Positions 1 to 12,794 are shown, counted from the stretch's first letter. The stretch is DNA of 64,000 bases from Octopus sinensis (GCF_006345805.1 NC_043005.1:53754001-53818000); one strand, 5' to 3'. The notes: generated by a model not told the origin, from the letters alone. A program made the numbers and translations.

Positions 1-95
1 AATACTTTCTCACTTCCTGAGCGTTAAACTAATACACCTGTTTGGTGTTTATAAAGCCATCTTCGTCTTTTGTTTTTTGGTAAATTATCACTATA
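1..95 (+). mobile_element. 3' end of a short Penelope-associated repeat (same family as 59225-59425)
   Basis: cctgagcg..tactaatac..cttcgtcttttgtttttt aligns by eye with 59345-59420. Confidence 0.55.
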
Positions 96-172
96 TATAT
101 ACATATATATATACATAGATCTATATCTATATATATCTAATCTATCTATCTATCTATTTAAAAAAAAAAATA

Positions 173-225
<53 letters not shown>

Positions 226-350
226 ATGAATAAATATATGCATACATACATACATATACATGCATACATACATACATACATACATATACATACATACATA
301 TACATACATACATATACATACATACATATATATATATACATACACACACA
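92..350. repeat. Compound (TA)n/(TATC)n/(CATA)n microsatellite
   Basis: Directly visible. Confidence 0.95.
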
Positions 351-500
351 ACAGGCTACTCCACTTCTCACTCACAAAGCATTAAGTCATCCACCTAGGA
401 CTATAGAAGAAAACACATACCTGAGGTGACTCTCAGTGGAAATGAACCTGAATGCCTATGATTGCAAAATGAACTTCTTAAACACACTCTCATGTCCAAA
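350..500 (-). mobile_element. Degenerate 5' half of tRNA-derived SINE family A
   Basis: ggactatagaagaaaacac..cagtggaaatgaacctg resembles the reverse complement of the family A head. Confidence 0.6.
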
Positions 501-1342
501 TGAAGAAATGATGTTTATTTCTTCTGAGTTAACTGGAAAACATTTAGTTCCATTAGTAAATTTCAAAAACTTTAATAATTTGAGAATATTTTTTTCATAG
601 TTATTTTTAAATCTATATTTCAAAGACTATTTTATTTAATCTTTAGAGATTGCTGCAATGTCTTTTAAATTCCTTTTGACATGAACTGCCTTTACTATTT
701 TCTAAATTTATACTATCATGCAAAGTGCCTATTTGGAAACTGAATTCCCCCAATTCTTTCTTCCATTTGTAAGATTTTAGCACATTTAAATTGATATCTT
801 TGAACATTTTTATATTTTTTCTCACTTGTTAATTTTTTTTTGTTCTTTATCCTTTTCTGTTTTTCCTTTGGCCTATTCATACTGACCATTCTTACAGACA
901 CTGAAGGCATAGCAATATTTAACATCAGACATTCCTGAAAACCTGAATAATGCTCTAATTAGTGCAAGAGCTCGCATTAGTTCATGCCATCATTTTTACA
1001 TTCATCATTCATCAAATTTCTATAATATAACTATTTTTGGAAAATTCCTAAATTGTGGGCAAATATAATTAGGCACATCTTTAAACTTTAAGAACAGTAA
1101 TGATAAAGCACAGGGTTTTTTGCACTAAAACTCACTAACGAAACTCATTTCTAATAAACAGAGAGATTAATTTGCAAATTTATTAATACTAAACTACCTG
1201 GCTGAAATTCTATACATATCATATGCAGAACTACACAATTATATTTGAACATAATGTTATTTAATCACATAGAATATATAGACAAAAAAAATTATAAATG
1301 TAAGCTATAAATAGATAAATACATACAGAAAATAAAAATAAG

Positions 1343-1348
1343 TGTGTA

Positions 1349-1411
<63 letters not shown>

Positions 1412-1865
1412 GGAGAATTCACGAAAAAAACAAAAGATGAAGACAGGTGGTGTAGAAAATAAACAGATGTATTAGTATAACGCTCAGGAATAGAAAAAGT
1501 CTTTTACGTTTTGAGCCTACACTCTTCCACAGAAAGGAACACAGAAAGAAACAAGGAGAGAAAAAATGTGTGTAGTGGTGATTGCCAGACAGAAGGGTCA
1601 CACAGGAGAGCGAAGAAGTAGGGGAGATAACAAAGTAAAAGTGATCCCAAAACGAAGGTGCGCATGTGTGTAAGAAAGTACATATGCGCGTGTGAAAGAG
1701 GGCTGGTGTACATACACACTTTATTTGTGCATTAAGGCTACCATTGATTTCAGGTTAAAGAAATATCTTAAAACACTAATAAAGAATTTTTACCCATGCA
1801 GTATTGATTACTTATTTTCATTGTTTGATATTTCCATACACACACACACACACATGCACATATGA

Positions 1866-1921
<56 letters not shown>

Positions 1922-2390
1922 TATATATATATGGGGAGAATTCACGAAAAAAACAAAAGATGAAGACAGGTGGTGTAGAAAATAAACAGATGTATTAGTA
2001 TAACGCTCAGGAATAGAAAAAGTCTTTTACGTTTTGAGCCTACACTCTTCCACAGAAAGGAACACAGAAAGAAACAAGGAGAGAAAAAATGTGTGTAGTG
2101 GTGATTGCCAGACAGAAGGGTCACACAGGAGAGCGAAGAAGTAGGGGAGATAACAAGTAAAAGTGATCCCAAAACGAAGGTGCGCATGTGTGTAAGAAAG
2201 TACATATGCGCGTGTGAAAGAGGGCTGGTGTACACACACACTTTATTTGTGCATTAAGGCTACCATTGATTTCAGGTTAAAGAAATATCTTAAAACACTA
2301 ATAAAGAATTTTTACCCATGCAGTATTGATTACTTATTTTCATTGTTTGATATTTCCATACACACACACACACACACATGCACATATGAG
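1343..2390. repeat. Near-identical tandem duplication, period about 523 bp
   Basis: ggggagaattcacg at 1410 and 1933; unique cores differ by about two positions. Confidence 0.95.
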
Positions 2391-2744
2391 TGTGTGTGTG
2401 TGTGTGTGTGTATGCGAGTGTTTGCAAGTGTGTGTGTATATATGTATGTACATAAATGTCAAACATTGAGAGTGAGAGCTCACCACATTGGTGGATAAAG
2501 ATTCTTTATTTGTGTATTAAGTCTACTACTGGTTTCATGCAAATTAAATATCTTAACAATTTTTCAAGCTGATTACATGGAGAAATTGGTGTTCATCTCC
2601 ATGTTGGATTGAAACAAGTATATATGTATAAAAGACATGTTTCTTTTCATTGTTCTGACTTGTCTCAAGTTTAAAATGTGAGGTCTTGTTGTCTGCATTC
2701 AGGATGATAGAGCTTTGCATGCTTGTCAGAAACCAGCTCCTCCA

Positions 2745-3315
2745 GAGGGTAACACACCATTGTTGCAAAACCAATATACAATGCCATTCAGATAAAAAAT
2801 ACTGTCCTGGAATAAATATAGAGAAGAATACATGCACAAACATTAACACAAATAACACTGGTGGAAAATTCCCACTGATACATTTATGAAGATTGAATAT
2901 AAGAGAGTAGCTACTGCTGTTTGGGACTGACATTGAAAATAATGTAGTGTCATAGAGGTCAGCTGTCATGCTGATGTGAATATCTCTTTAAAAATCAAAG
3001 AGAAAGAAGATAACTATAGACAACTGCTTTGAAGCCTCCAGCTTCTATATTCAGATAATAAATTCACATTTATACCAACAATAATTGGTGAACTTGGTTT
3101 TTGCGAGTAAATTTCAAAGTAACAATCTAAATAAGTAAGGGTTTTCTATAAAACAAATCATCCAGCTTACTCACACATTACAAATACAATCTGTAGGTGG
3201 AACAGTAAAAATATGCGAGACTTCCGTTGTGTTTAAAACGTCATATTCTTCTTGTTATCTACATCCCAATGACGGAGCTGGGTATGCTTGTTAGAAACCA
3301 GCTCCTTCCTCAATG
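2745..3315 (+). mobile_element. Decayed 3' end of an RLE-type (Dong/R4-like) non-LTR retrotransposon
   Basis: Manual translation HWWKIPTDTFMKIEYKRVATAVWD* then CSVIEVSCHADVNISLKIKEKEDNYRQLL*SLQLLYSDNKFTFIPTIIGELGF resembles the PD-(D/E)xK restriction-like endonuclease C-terminus; stops and frameshifts present. Confidence 0.7.
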
Positions 3316-3339
3316 GAAAAATTTAAATAATTAAAAGCA

Positions 3340-3515
3340 AAAGTGAACATACATACATACATACATACATACATAAGTGTGTGTGAATGTGTCTAAGTAA
3401 AAACTATCCTCATCCTTTAAGCTTATGTTTCCAATATCTGTATCTATATACTTGAACAGATAACATATATAGACAGATTTCTTTGCAAACAAAACATATG
3501 AGTATATAAAAAAAG

Positions 3516-3576
<61 letters not shown>

Positions 3577-3643
3577 GATAGATAGATAGATATACATACA
3601 TATATATATATATATATATACATATAGATAGATAGATAGATAT

Positions 3644-3684
<41 letters not shown>

Positions 3685-3745
3685 CACAAACATATTTATA
3701 TATATATATATATGTACACGTACACATATACACACACACACATAT
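3340..3745. repeat. Compound (CATA)n/(TA)n/(GATA)n/(CA)n microsatellites
   Basis: Directly visible. Confidence 0.9.
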
Positions 3746-4946
3746 TAATTTTCTGTTTTTTACTTTTTTGTCTGTAAACTTTCTTTTGGACCACTAACTC
3801 TAAGGATGTAATTTAAGAACAGTACAAGAATCCTCAACCTTTCACTTCAGTATTCTTTTTTATCAATAAAAAGCTGCACTTCATAAGTAGTGCCAGAGTT
3901 TGGCATCATCTCTTTAGGTGTATATAACTGAAAGGTTAAGAAGAAGCTTGATATTTTCTAACATTTTGGTAAATATATTTAAGTTGTTAAGGACGTTAAC
4001 ACAACAAGACTGTGAAATAGTAAAAGGTGGAGAGTGGCAATGAAAAGATTTGTTAATGTGGAGAGCTAACAAAAGTTGGTATTATTGTTCAAAGCTTTCA
4101 TTATATATATATCAGAATACAACAACAATGGCAATGATATGAAAACAGCAGCAACAACCACAGAAACAACAACAGCAACTGTAATAATAATGATAAGTAT
4201 GATTGCAACAACAATATCAATAATCATGATATGACTGGTAACACTTAGAAAATGTAGAGTATTTGTTTGAAAAGAGTAAAATTTAAATGTCTTATCTCTA
4301 GTATATTGTCATCTAAGTTTGAGCAAATAAAATGGACTTCGTTTTGACATTTCTCATATTATTTCTGTCTTACAGCCAATGCTGTGAGATTTCCTTTAAT
4401 GAAACACACACAACTGACTCAAGTAGACCAATACAAGAGATGTGGATAAATAAATACAGGGAGTTGGGCTTATTTATTCTTATTTTTATAAAAAATACTT
4501 GAAAAAGGACTTTTTAAAGAGTTTGGAAAAAAACATATTTAAAATGAAAAAATAAAGTGATATACAGTTTACCAATAAATATACATGTACTGTTTGGAGA
4601 TCACTTCTTATTTGTTAATTAATTAACCAATAAATTTGCATGCATGCATGCATATATACTTAGGTATTTACGTATGCATGCACACACACACACACACACA
4701 CTCATGCACCCTACTTCTCTCTTGTTCAGTTACCTGCCATCATTTATATTGTATTTTAGAATTTGGTTATCTTTTGTGTTAATCAGCAATGATTTCTAAA
4801 TCAAAACTGAACCTCGAGTGCAACTAGGATCTGTAATTTCAGAGCTTAAGCAGACACTTCCATATATAAAGCAGTATACTACACCTCCAATACTAATACT
4901 AATACGGAAATGGATAAGTTTAAACAGATTATATATTCGAAAGAGT

Positions 4947-5200
4947 GGAGGTGCATGGCTTAGTGATTAGGGTGTCAGCAGCATGATCGTAAGATTATGG
5001 TTTCGATTCCTGGACCGGGCAACGCATTGTGTTCTTGAGCAAAACACTTCATTTCACATTGCTCCAGTCCACTCAGCTGGCAAAAATGAGTAATGCTGCA
5101 ATGGACTGGTGTCCCATTCAGCTGGGGAACACATACACCATAGAAACCGGGAAACCAGGCCCATGAGCCTGGCTAGGCTTTAAAAGGGCGCATTTATTAT
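4947..5200 (+). mobile_element. tRNA-derived SINE family E
   Basis: A-box-like tggcttagtgattag, B-box-like gtttcgattcc, core ttgtgttcttgagcaaaacacttcatttcac; homologues at 20862, 40870, 54830. Confidence 0.85.
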
Positions 5201-5871
5201 TTCTTTTATATTTGAAATTAATGCTCTAAATATACCAAAGAATTAGTCTAACTTTCAAGATACCAAAACGTTGCAATTTCGTTGACCTGTGATATAAATA
5301 TAATATCACATAGAAGATGTAAAATATATTAGATGTGAAAAAAATACAGAGGAAATTTGCAGTTGATTGTTGTCTTTGAATGATTTTATGTAAGAAATTC
5401 ATACCATTTCCTGTTCTAATGCTGCCATTAATAACAGAGGAAAATATCCAAATATATCTTTTATCCTCAACCCCACCCATCTTTTGATTCTTTTCCTTTT
5501 TTTATATTTTTTTTTATATGTTCCTATTAGCATTTTGGGGAATAAATGATATCTTATTTTTATTTAACAGTATAAAATAGGTGTATGTGTGCTTCTGCAT
5601 GTGTGTGTGTGTGTGCGTGCACGCATGTGTGTGTGTGTGTGTATGTGTGTGTGTGTGTGTGTATAAAAGAAGGAGAAAAGTGAATAATAAAATCATATTT
5701 AAATTATACATCTTATTGATTTTCACTCTGAAATTCTTTTCAGTGTATGATTTTATTTCATTGTTATTCACAGCTAGGTAATCTTTTATTAGAGAAGTAT
5801 GATATCTAAATTATAAATAATAAATACAAATATATAAATAATAAATATAAACAAATAAATAATAGATTATA

Positions 5872-6026
5872 AAGCATGGCTGTGTGGTAAGAAGCTTGCT
5901 TCCCAACCACATGGCTCCGTGTTCAGTCCCACCGTGTGTAAACTTGGGCAAGTGTCTTCTACTATAGCCCTGCACAGACCCAAGCTTTCTGAGTGGATTT
6001 GGTAGACTGAAACTGAAAGAAGCCTG

Positions 6027-6030
<4 letters not shown>
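5872..6030 (+). mobile_element. SINE family A, 5' half
   Basis: tggctgtgtggtaag..gttcagtccc..ttgggcaagtgtcttctactatagc. Confidence 0.85.
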
Positions 6031-6110
<80 letters not shown>

Positions 6111-6112
6111 TA

Positions 6113-6500
6113 TACTTTCTACTTGTTTCAGTCTTTTGACTGCAGCCATGCTGGAGCACAGGCTTTAGTCGAGCAAATTAACCCCAGGACTTATTTTTTG
6201 AAGCCTAGTACTTATTCTATCGGTCTCTTTTGCTGAACTGCTAGGTTACTGGGACGTAAACACACCAGCATCGATTGTCGAGCGATGTTTGGGCACAAAC
6301 AAAGACACACAAACATATTCACATACATACATATATATATATATATAGATATATACGACGGGCGTCTTTCAGTTTCCATCTACCAAATCCACACAGAAGG
6401 CTTTGGTCGGCCGGAGGCTATAGTAGAAGACACTTGCCCAGGGTGCCGCACAGTGGAAATGAACCTGGAACCATGTGGTTGGTAAGCAAGCTACCTACCA
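6113..6500 (-). mobile_element. SINE family A, near full length
   Basis: Reverse complement aligns with the 11444-11850 copy. Confidence 0.9.
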
Positions 6501-6804
6501 CACACACACACACGCACACACATATATGTATGTATGCATGTCTTCGTATTTGCCCCCTCCACCACTTGACAACTCATGCTAGTGCGTTTATGTCCCTGCA
6601 ACTAAGCAGTTTGGCAAAAGAGACTGATAGAATAAGTATTAGGCTTTAAAAAAATAAGTCTGGGACTGATTTATTTGACTAAAATACTTTGAGGTGGTAC
6701 CCCAGCATGGCTGTAGTCAAATGACTGAAACAAATAAAAGATAAAAGATAATTAAATACACAATAAATATAAAAAAATAAATAAACAATTTTTTATTGTA
6801 TTAA

Positions 6805-7374
6805 TATTGTGTTGTCAGGAAAGTTCATGCTGATTTATAGTAGCTTACATTTCGACTTATTTTAGAACATGGTTGAGTCCATAAAATAGGATTTGACTAC
6901 ACCGCTATTTAGAGCACAGTTTAAGCTATCTTTTCATGGAAGAAGGTTCATGTTCCTATAACCTGTGTTAATTTTGTAACCCTTTAAAACAGAAGATAAG
7001 AAAATTCATTTTCAGCACTTGATGCTTTGGGAACCAGACAAAAGTTGCTGCAGCTCGGCTGGTATGTGTTACCCCACCCTCAATATTCCCCAGATATTGC
7101 TCCTTTGGATTTCCACTTATTCAGGTCTCTGCAGGATAGTCTTAATGGTAAAAATTTCAATTCCTTGGATGATGTAAAAAGATACCTTGATGAATTCTTT
7201 GCCATGAAACCACCTCAATTCTGGGAAGAGGGTATTTTCAAGTTAAAGGAAAGACGGAGATGCATTGTGCAACAAAATGGTTCATATTTCGTTGATTAAA
7301 AATGTAATGACAAGTATTTATTAACCTTTTTCTTTCCTTTAAAAATCAGCACGAACTTTCTGGACGACCCAATA
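6805..7374 (+). mobile_element. Internally deleted mariner (Mos1-like) element with both TIRs
   Basis: TIRs ttgtgttgtcaggaaagttcatgctgattt / aaatcagcacgaactttctggacgacccaa flanked by TA; N-terminal EDKKIHFQHLMLW fused to C-terminal LPHPQYSPDIAPLDFHLFRSLQ. Confidence 0.92.
7027..7299 (+). pseudogene. Mariner transposase C-terminal fragment
   Basis: HPQYSPDIAPLDFHLF matches the mariner YSPDLAPxDxHLF motif. Confidence 0.9.
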
Positions 7375-7617
7375 GTTTTTAACAATAAGCACAGACATCT
7401 GTTCAAAGAAGTTCTTCAGAAATTAAATTGTTCACCATGCTGGGGTACCACCTCAAAGTATTTTAGTCAAACATATCAGTCCCAGACTTATTTTTTTAAA
7501 GCCTAATACTTATTCTATCAGTCTCTTTTGCCAAACTGCTTAGTTGCAGGGACATAAACACACTAGCATGAGTTGTCAAGTGGTGGAGGGAGAAAATACG
7601 AAGACATGCATACATAC

Positions 7618-7648
<31 letters not shown>

Positions 7649-8189
7649 ATAAGTAGCTTGCTTACCAACCACATAATTCCAGCTTCACTGCAAGCAAAGT
7701 TCAACATCATCAATTCACCATTTTTCTTTATTTTCAATAAAACAGTTTTTAACTATTAAAGGTGAAATACTATAAATAAATTTACTAAATTCTTTGCTAT
7801 ATTTAAAATTAATTGAAAGAAACAGAGCATCTCAACAGAAACATGGTAACAAAAGGGTTAATAGGAAAAGATCAATGAAAAAAACTTTGAAAGTAAATCA
7901 AAGTCATGTGATCTGGCATTTTGGTAGTTGTAGCAGATAGTTCTCTGCCAACGATATAAATAAAAGTGGTTTTATGCACCACAAGTCCATATGAGAGGCC
8001 CTCTCAAGGTAAATAATGCAGTACTCTGTGTACTAACATAACCACCCCGTTAGTTTGGAGATAAATTTTTCCTTCTGGTGTTCACACTGCATTTGTCGCA
8101 ATTATTTTTTAATGCCAGATAATTTTCTTTCACACCTCTAAAAGTTATGCCATTGCTTATAATAACACACATATAAATATATATACATA

Positions 8190-8355
8190 TATATGAAAGG
8201 CTTTCACACAGTTTCTTTCAACCAGTTATACTCACAGGACATTAGTCATTCTAGGACTATAGCAGCAGACGCCCAAGTTGCTGCAGAGTAGGACTGAACC
8301 TGAATCACATAGTTGTGAAGCAAGTTTCTTAACCATACAGTCATACCTGTGCCTA
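8190..8355 (-). mobile_element. Degenerate SINE family A 5' half
   Basis: ggactatagcag..ggactgaacctgaa..gcaagtttcttaacca. Confidence 0.6.
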
Positions 8356-8548
8356 GGTAGTGAAAATAAATAAACAAACAGACAAATAAATCAAACAAAC
8401 AAACAATCAAATAAATAAAGGAATCAATTTATCTTTAGTTATTTATTAAATAAAAATTGTAACAAGTTATTTTTATTGATTGTGTAAATATAGCGAAAAC
8501 TTAGCTATTTCATTATGAATCAAAGTTTTTTTCATAGATCTTTTCCTA

Positions 8549-8776
8549 TTAACCCTTTTGTTACCATATTTCTGTTGAGATTCTCTGTGTTACTTTCAAT
8601 TAATTTTCAATATAACAAAGAATTTAGTAAAATAACTTAGTTATCATTAAGCCAGTGTTAGGAACATAAATTTTGACTAAGGTTTGGTGGAAGATTTTAA
8701 TTCAGAACTTGTAAAAACAAGACATTTATACTACAGAGCCAGAGTTTTCAGCCAGATTGGTAATCAAAAGGGTTAA
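8549..8776. mobile_element. piggyBac-like MITE
   Basis: TTAA-CCCTTTTGTTACC ... GGTAATCAAAAGGG-TTAA; same family at 17443 and 34904, partial copies near 7750-7862 and 36430-36530. Confidence 0.85.
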
Positions 8777-8934
8777 ATTATTCATTATTCTGCATTTTTC
8801 TAAACAAATTCTAGACTTTGAGAATGAGATGAAATTTCTTTTTATAATATTTATAATTATCTAATGTTTATTTCTGCCATATACTGACCATTACCTGAAG
8901 TTTTCTGTCAGATAGGGCTGTTTTGAGCCATTGA

Positions 8935-9030
8935 GCTCAACAACAAGGCATGACTTTGTTTCCTCATCTGACATATTGTGCCTACACTGGATTGCTGTTT
9001 TTATTGGAATGTTCAGCCAATATTTTATAT
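8935..9030 (-). mobile_element. Small RLE LINE (Dong/R4-like) fragment
   Basis: Translates KYWLNIPIKTAIQCRHNMSDEETKSCLVVEL, parallel to the WWKIP..CSVIEV segment at 2860-2960. Confidence 0.5.
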
Positions 9031-9217
9031 TTTTAAAGCTGTAAATACTTTCCAATTCTGTTATGCTTTATATTTAATTAATCATCAGGAAAATCCTTCT
9101 TGCTTACAGAATTATAAATTATCTTGGTGACAGAGTCATGTCCCATGAGGAGTTAGTACCTTGCAAATATTTTGGGGCAGCTACTTATGATATGAATGAT
9201 GTCTCCCTCACTCATCA

Positions 9218-9510
9218 CCATCATCATTATCATCGTTGAAATGTCCGCTTTCCATGCTAGCATGGGTTGGACGATTTGACTGAGGACTGGCGAACCAGAT
9301 GGCTGCACCAGGCTCTAATCTTGATCTGGCAGAGTTTCTACACCTAGATGCCCTTCCTAATGCCAACCACTCCGAGAGTGTAGTGGGTGCTTTTACGTGC
9401 CACCTACATGAGGGTCAGTCAGACGGTACTGGCAACGGTCATGCTCAAATGGTGTTTTTTACGTGCCACCTGCACAGGAGTCAGTCCAGCAGCACTGGCA
9501 ACGATCTCAC
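9218..9510 (-). mobile_element. SINE/LINE-tail family C with (GAT)n tail
   Basis: catcatcgttgaaatgtccgctttccatgctagcatgggttggacg..gatgcccttcctaatgccaaccactcc. Confidence 0.85.
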
Positions 9511-9804
9511 CGATTTGATATAATCGATATAGTCAAATGCAATGCTTACTTATTCACATTGTTTTGAATTAATCATGCATTATCTTGTAGCTTTGACATT
9601 TCTAAGATGTGATTGTTTATTTTTAGCATGACATTATAGGATAGGTGAAAAAGACCAGATCTGGCCAGTTTAAACATGAAACAAGTAGATTGATTAAGCC
9701 AAATATGGCTGATTTAAATGCTAGAAGGTTAGAGATTTCTTAATCCTTTTGATACCAAACATCCTGAAACCAGCTCTAATAACCACCCCTAACAATCACC
9801 CTAA

Positions 9805-10037
9805 ATTCTTATTTCTTTATTGCCCACAAGGTGCTAAACATAGAGGGGACAAACAAGGACAGGCAAAGGGCTCAAGTCAATTATATCGACCCCAGTGCGC
9901 AACTGGTACTTAATTTATCAACCCCGAAAGGATGAAAGGCACAGTCAACCTCAGCGGCATTTGAACTCAGAACTTAAAGACAGACGAAATACTGCTAAGA
10001 ATTTCGCCCAGCATGATAATGTTTCTGCCAGCTCACC
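9805..10037 (-). mobile_element. tRNA-derived SINE family B
   Basis: gaccccagtgcgcaactggtac..aaaggatgaaaggc..tttgaactcagaac..tctgccagctcacc. Confidence 0.9.
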
Positions 10038-10661
10038 CCAAATTCTATGAAATAAACTTTCCATTCGAAGTCATGATAGTAATGTGGAAGCATGGGCTGC
10101 AACTGCCCATCGTTGTATCCACCATTTATTGCATACAACAATGTGCAAAGGATGCATTTGCACCACTCAGGCAACATCCCTCCAACACATGGGTTTGTTT
10201 GGGTAGTCATTGCTGGTGAGAGTTTTACTAGGTTCCAGTGCAAATCCTACTTCAACTTCTTTTAGGTGCCTTTTACAAAATACTGAGGAAATATTGGGTT
10301 TATTTTTTGACACACAGGTTCCCTCACAGCACTTGAGAAATACAAAATGAAGTATTTTGCACAATAACATTACACACTGCCTGGTTCTGTTTCAAAAATC
10401 ATTGAAACAATGGCTGTATATATCAACAGAAATATAGCAAGAAACAAGTAAAGTTTTCTCATTTGGAGAATATAAGCTGGCCTCTAACCGACTGGAAAGA
10501 CATTTTTGTTCTTGTTAGGACAGATGGTGTTGTTGGTGGCAGGGATCTGTGGTCATTCAGATCAGTTAATCTGTTGGTGTTTGTGCAGGGATAACTTATA
10601 TTTGTGTGATAGATATGTTTCACTTCAGTATGTAAGTATCTGTGCTTCAGAAATGTATGTG

Positions 10662-10719
<58 letters not shown>

Positions 10720-10795
10720 AGTGTGCTTGTGCATACGTGTGTGTGTGTGTGTAAACAATAATACTGTTCTATATTTAAGAGATGAGGAATTATGT

Positions 10796-11085
10796 ACATT
10801 ATTTACATTACTTATATTTGATGGATATTTGTCCTCATCTTGTTTGCTGTTAACACAACGTTTCGGCTGATATACCCTCCAGCCTTCATCAAGTGTCTTG
10901 GGGAAATTTCGAATCTGGGTTCTCATTCATAAGGTATTTTTTGATATGTCCACAGGCATATGGTGTAGTGGTTAAGAGCATGGCTACCAACCCCAAAATT
11001 CCGAGTTTGATTCCAAGCAGTGACCTGAACAACAACAACAACAACAACAACAACAATAATAATAATAATAATAATGATAATAATG

Positions 11086-11133
<48 letters not shown>

Positions 11134-11283
11134 GTAACATCGAAAAATACCTTAGGAATGAGAACCCAGGTTCGAAATTTCCCCCAAGACACCTGATGAA
11201 GGCTGGAAGGTATATCAACCAAAATGTTGTGTTAACAACAAACAAGATGAGGACAAATATCTGTCAAATGTAAATAATGTAAA
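10796..11283. mobile_element. Inverted pair of Penelope-like terminal repeats with hammerhead motifs around a tRNA-like head and (AAC)n(AAT)n
   Basis: Arms 10796-10947 and 11137-11283 are reverse complements; arm consensus GACAC CTGATGA A GGCTG..CAGCC GAAA CGTT GTGTT. Confidence 0.75.
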
Positions 11284-11443
11284 TAACACTGTTGTCAATT
11301 CTCCTGTCAACAAATCATCTGCTGGCTCTGCACTTTTAATGAGAGTGGAACAAGAGGTCCCTTAATGGAAAAAACAGCTAAAGTTTAGCGACAAGAAAGG
11401 CATCCAGCTGTAAACAATGACTCGATAATATATATCTAATATA

Positions 11444-11850
11444 TAGGCGCAGGAATGGCTGTGTGGTAAGTAGCTTGCTTACCAGCTACATGGTTCCGGG
11501 TTCAGTCCCACTGCGTGGCACCTTGGGCAAGTGTCTTCTACTATAGCCTCGGGCCGACCAAAGCCTTGTGAGCGGATTCGGTAGACGGAAACTGAAAGAA
11601 TCCCGTCGTATATATGTATATATATATGTATATATATGTGCGTGTGTGCTTGTGTGTCTGTGTTTGTCCCCCTAGCATTGCTTGACAACCAATGCTGGTG
11701 TGTTTATTTCCCCGTCACTTAGCGGTTCGACAAAAGAGACCAATAGAATAAGTACTGGGCTTACAAAGAATAAGTCCCACGGTTGAGTTGCTCGATTAAA
11801 GGTGGCGCTCCAGCATGGCCGCAGTCAAATGACTGAAACAAGTAAAAGAA
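11444..11850 (+). mobile_element. SINE family A, full length, CpG-intact (young), followed by (GAAA)n to about 11897
   Basis: Head ggcgcaggaatggctgtgtggtaag, core gcaccttgggcaagtgtcttc, tail gcagtcaaatgactgaaacaagtaaaag. Confidence 0.92.
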
Positions 11851-12244
11851 AGAAAGAAAGAAAGAAAGAAAGAAGAAAGAAAGAAAGAAAGAAAGAATAT
11901 CTGTCAAACCATGTAAAATGAGCAAATATGTGTTTGAGTGTGCAAGAGAAGGAGAGAGATATTATCTTATTTTATCTAACCTATGCTATTAGGAGTTGAA
12001 AAGAGATATGAACATGCTGAGACTTAATATTTCCCTGTTCACAGCAGTGATGTTAAGATATATGAAATGAGTTAGTTCATATCATTGATTGTAGGGCCCT
12101 CAGGAAATTTGTCAGTACAGCAAAATCTCAAATTGTAAAATGTAGTTTCCATTTAAAATTTGTTTGGAGTGAGTTTGTGGCCAGTGATGTGTTCACTAGT
12201 ATGTTGAGCAAGCTGTTCAACTACATTACTGGTTTAGTCATTCT

Positions 12245-12582
12245 GTGTGTATGTGTGTATGTGTGCATGTTTGAATGTATGTATGTATGTATGTATGTAT
12301 GTATGTATGTATGTATGTATGTATGTATGTATGTATGTATGTGTGTATGTGTGTGTTTGTATGTGTTTAACTTCAACTTACTGATGATAAAGTGTCTTTG
12401 AATAAATGAAATATTGGCCCTGAAAGAAAATGGGAAACACAATGAAAAGATTAATGACTATAATGATTGCAAGCAATTTTTATGACCATGTTATAAACAA
12501 AATAAAATAAAGTAAAATAATTGAAAAATATAAGTACACACCTATCATATACATACATATATATATATATATAATATATATA

Positions 12583-12615
<33 letters not shown>

Positions 12616-12626
12616 CATACATACTT

Positions 12627-12669
<43 letters not shown>

Positions 12670-12707
12670 TACATACATATATATATACATACATACAATC
12701 ATATATA

Positions 12708-12794
<87 letters not shown>

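Larger units (their letters stand above)
6468..7682. repeat. Inverted duplication with about 250-bp arms (6468-6715 / 7434-7682)
   Basis: Arms are near-identical reverse complements, including a chimeric SINE-head/(CA)n/SINE-tail junction. Confidence 0.85.

Noticed and set aside
8896-9040. Minus-strand exon with CAG/gtaatg donor
   Set aside because: The open frame resembles the RLE LINE endonuclease segment, so it is better explained as a retrotransposon fragment.
9995-10430. Cys-rich ORFs (9995-10243, 10013-10219, 10167-10370)
   Set aside because: Overlapping short ORFs with no recognisable domain or consistent splice sites; could be an old TE but cannot be supported.
10955-11030. tRNA gene (also the heads at 4947, 11444, 53330)
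   Set aside because: Only A/B-box-like heads attached to SINE bodies; no convincing complete cloverleaf.
10889-11273. Poly-Leu / poly-Asn / poly-Ile ORFs
   Set aside because: Translations of the (AAC)n(AAT)n tract inside the inverted repeat cassette.
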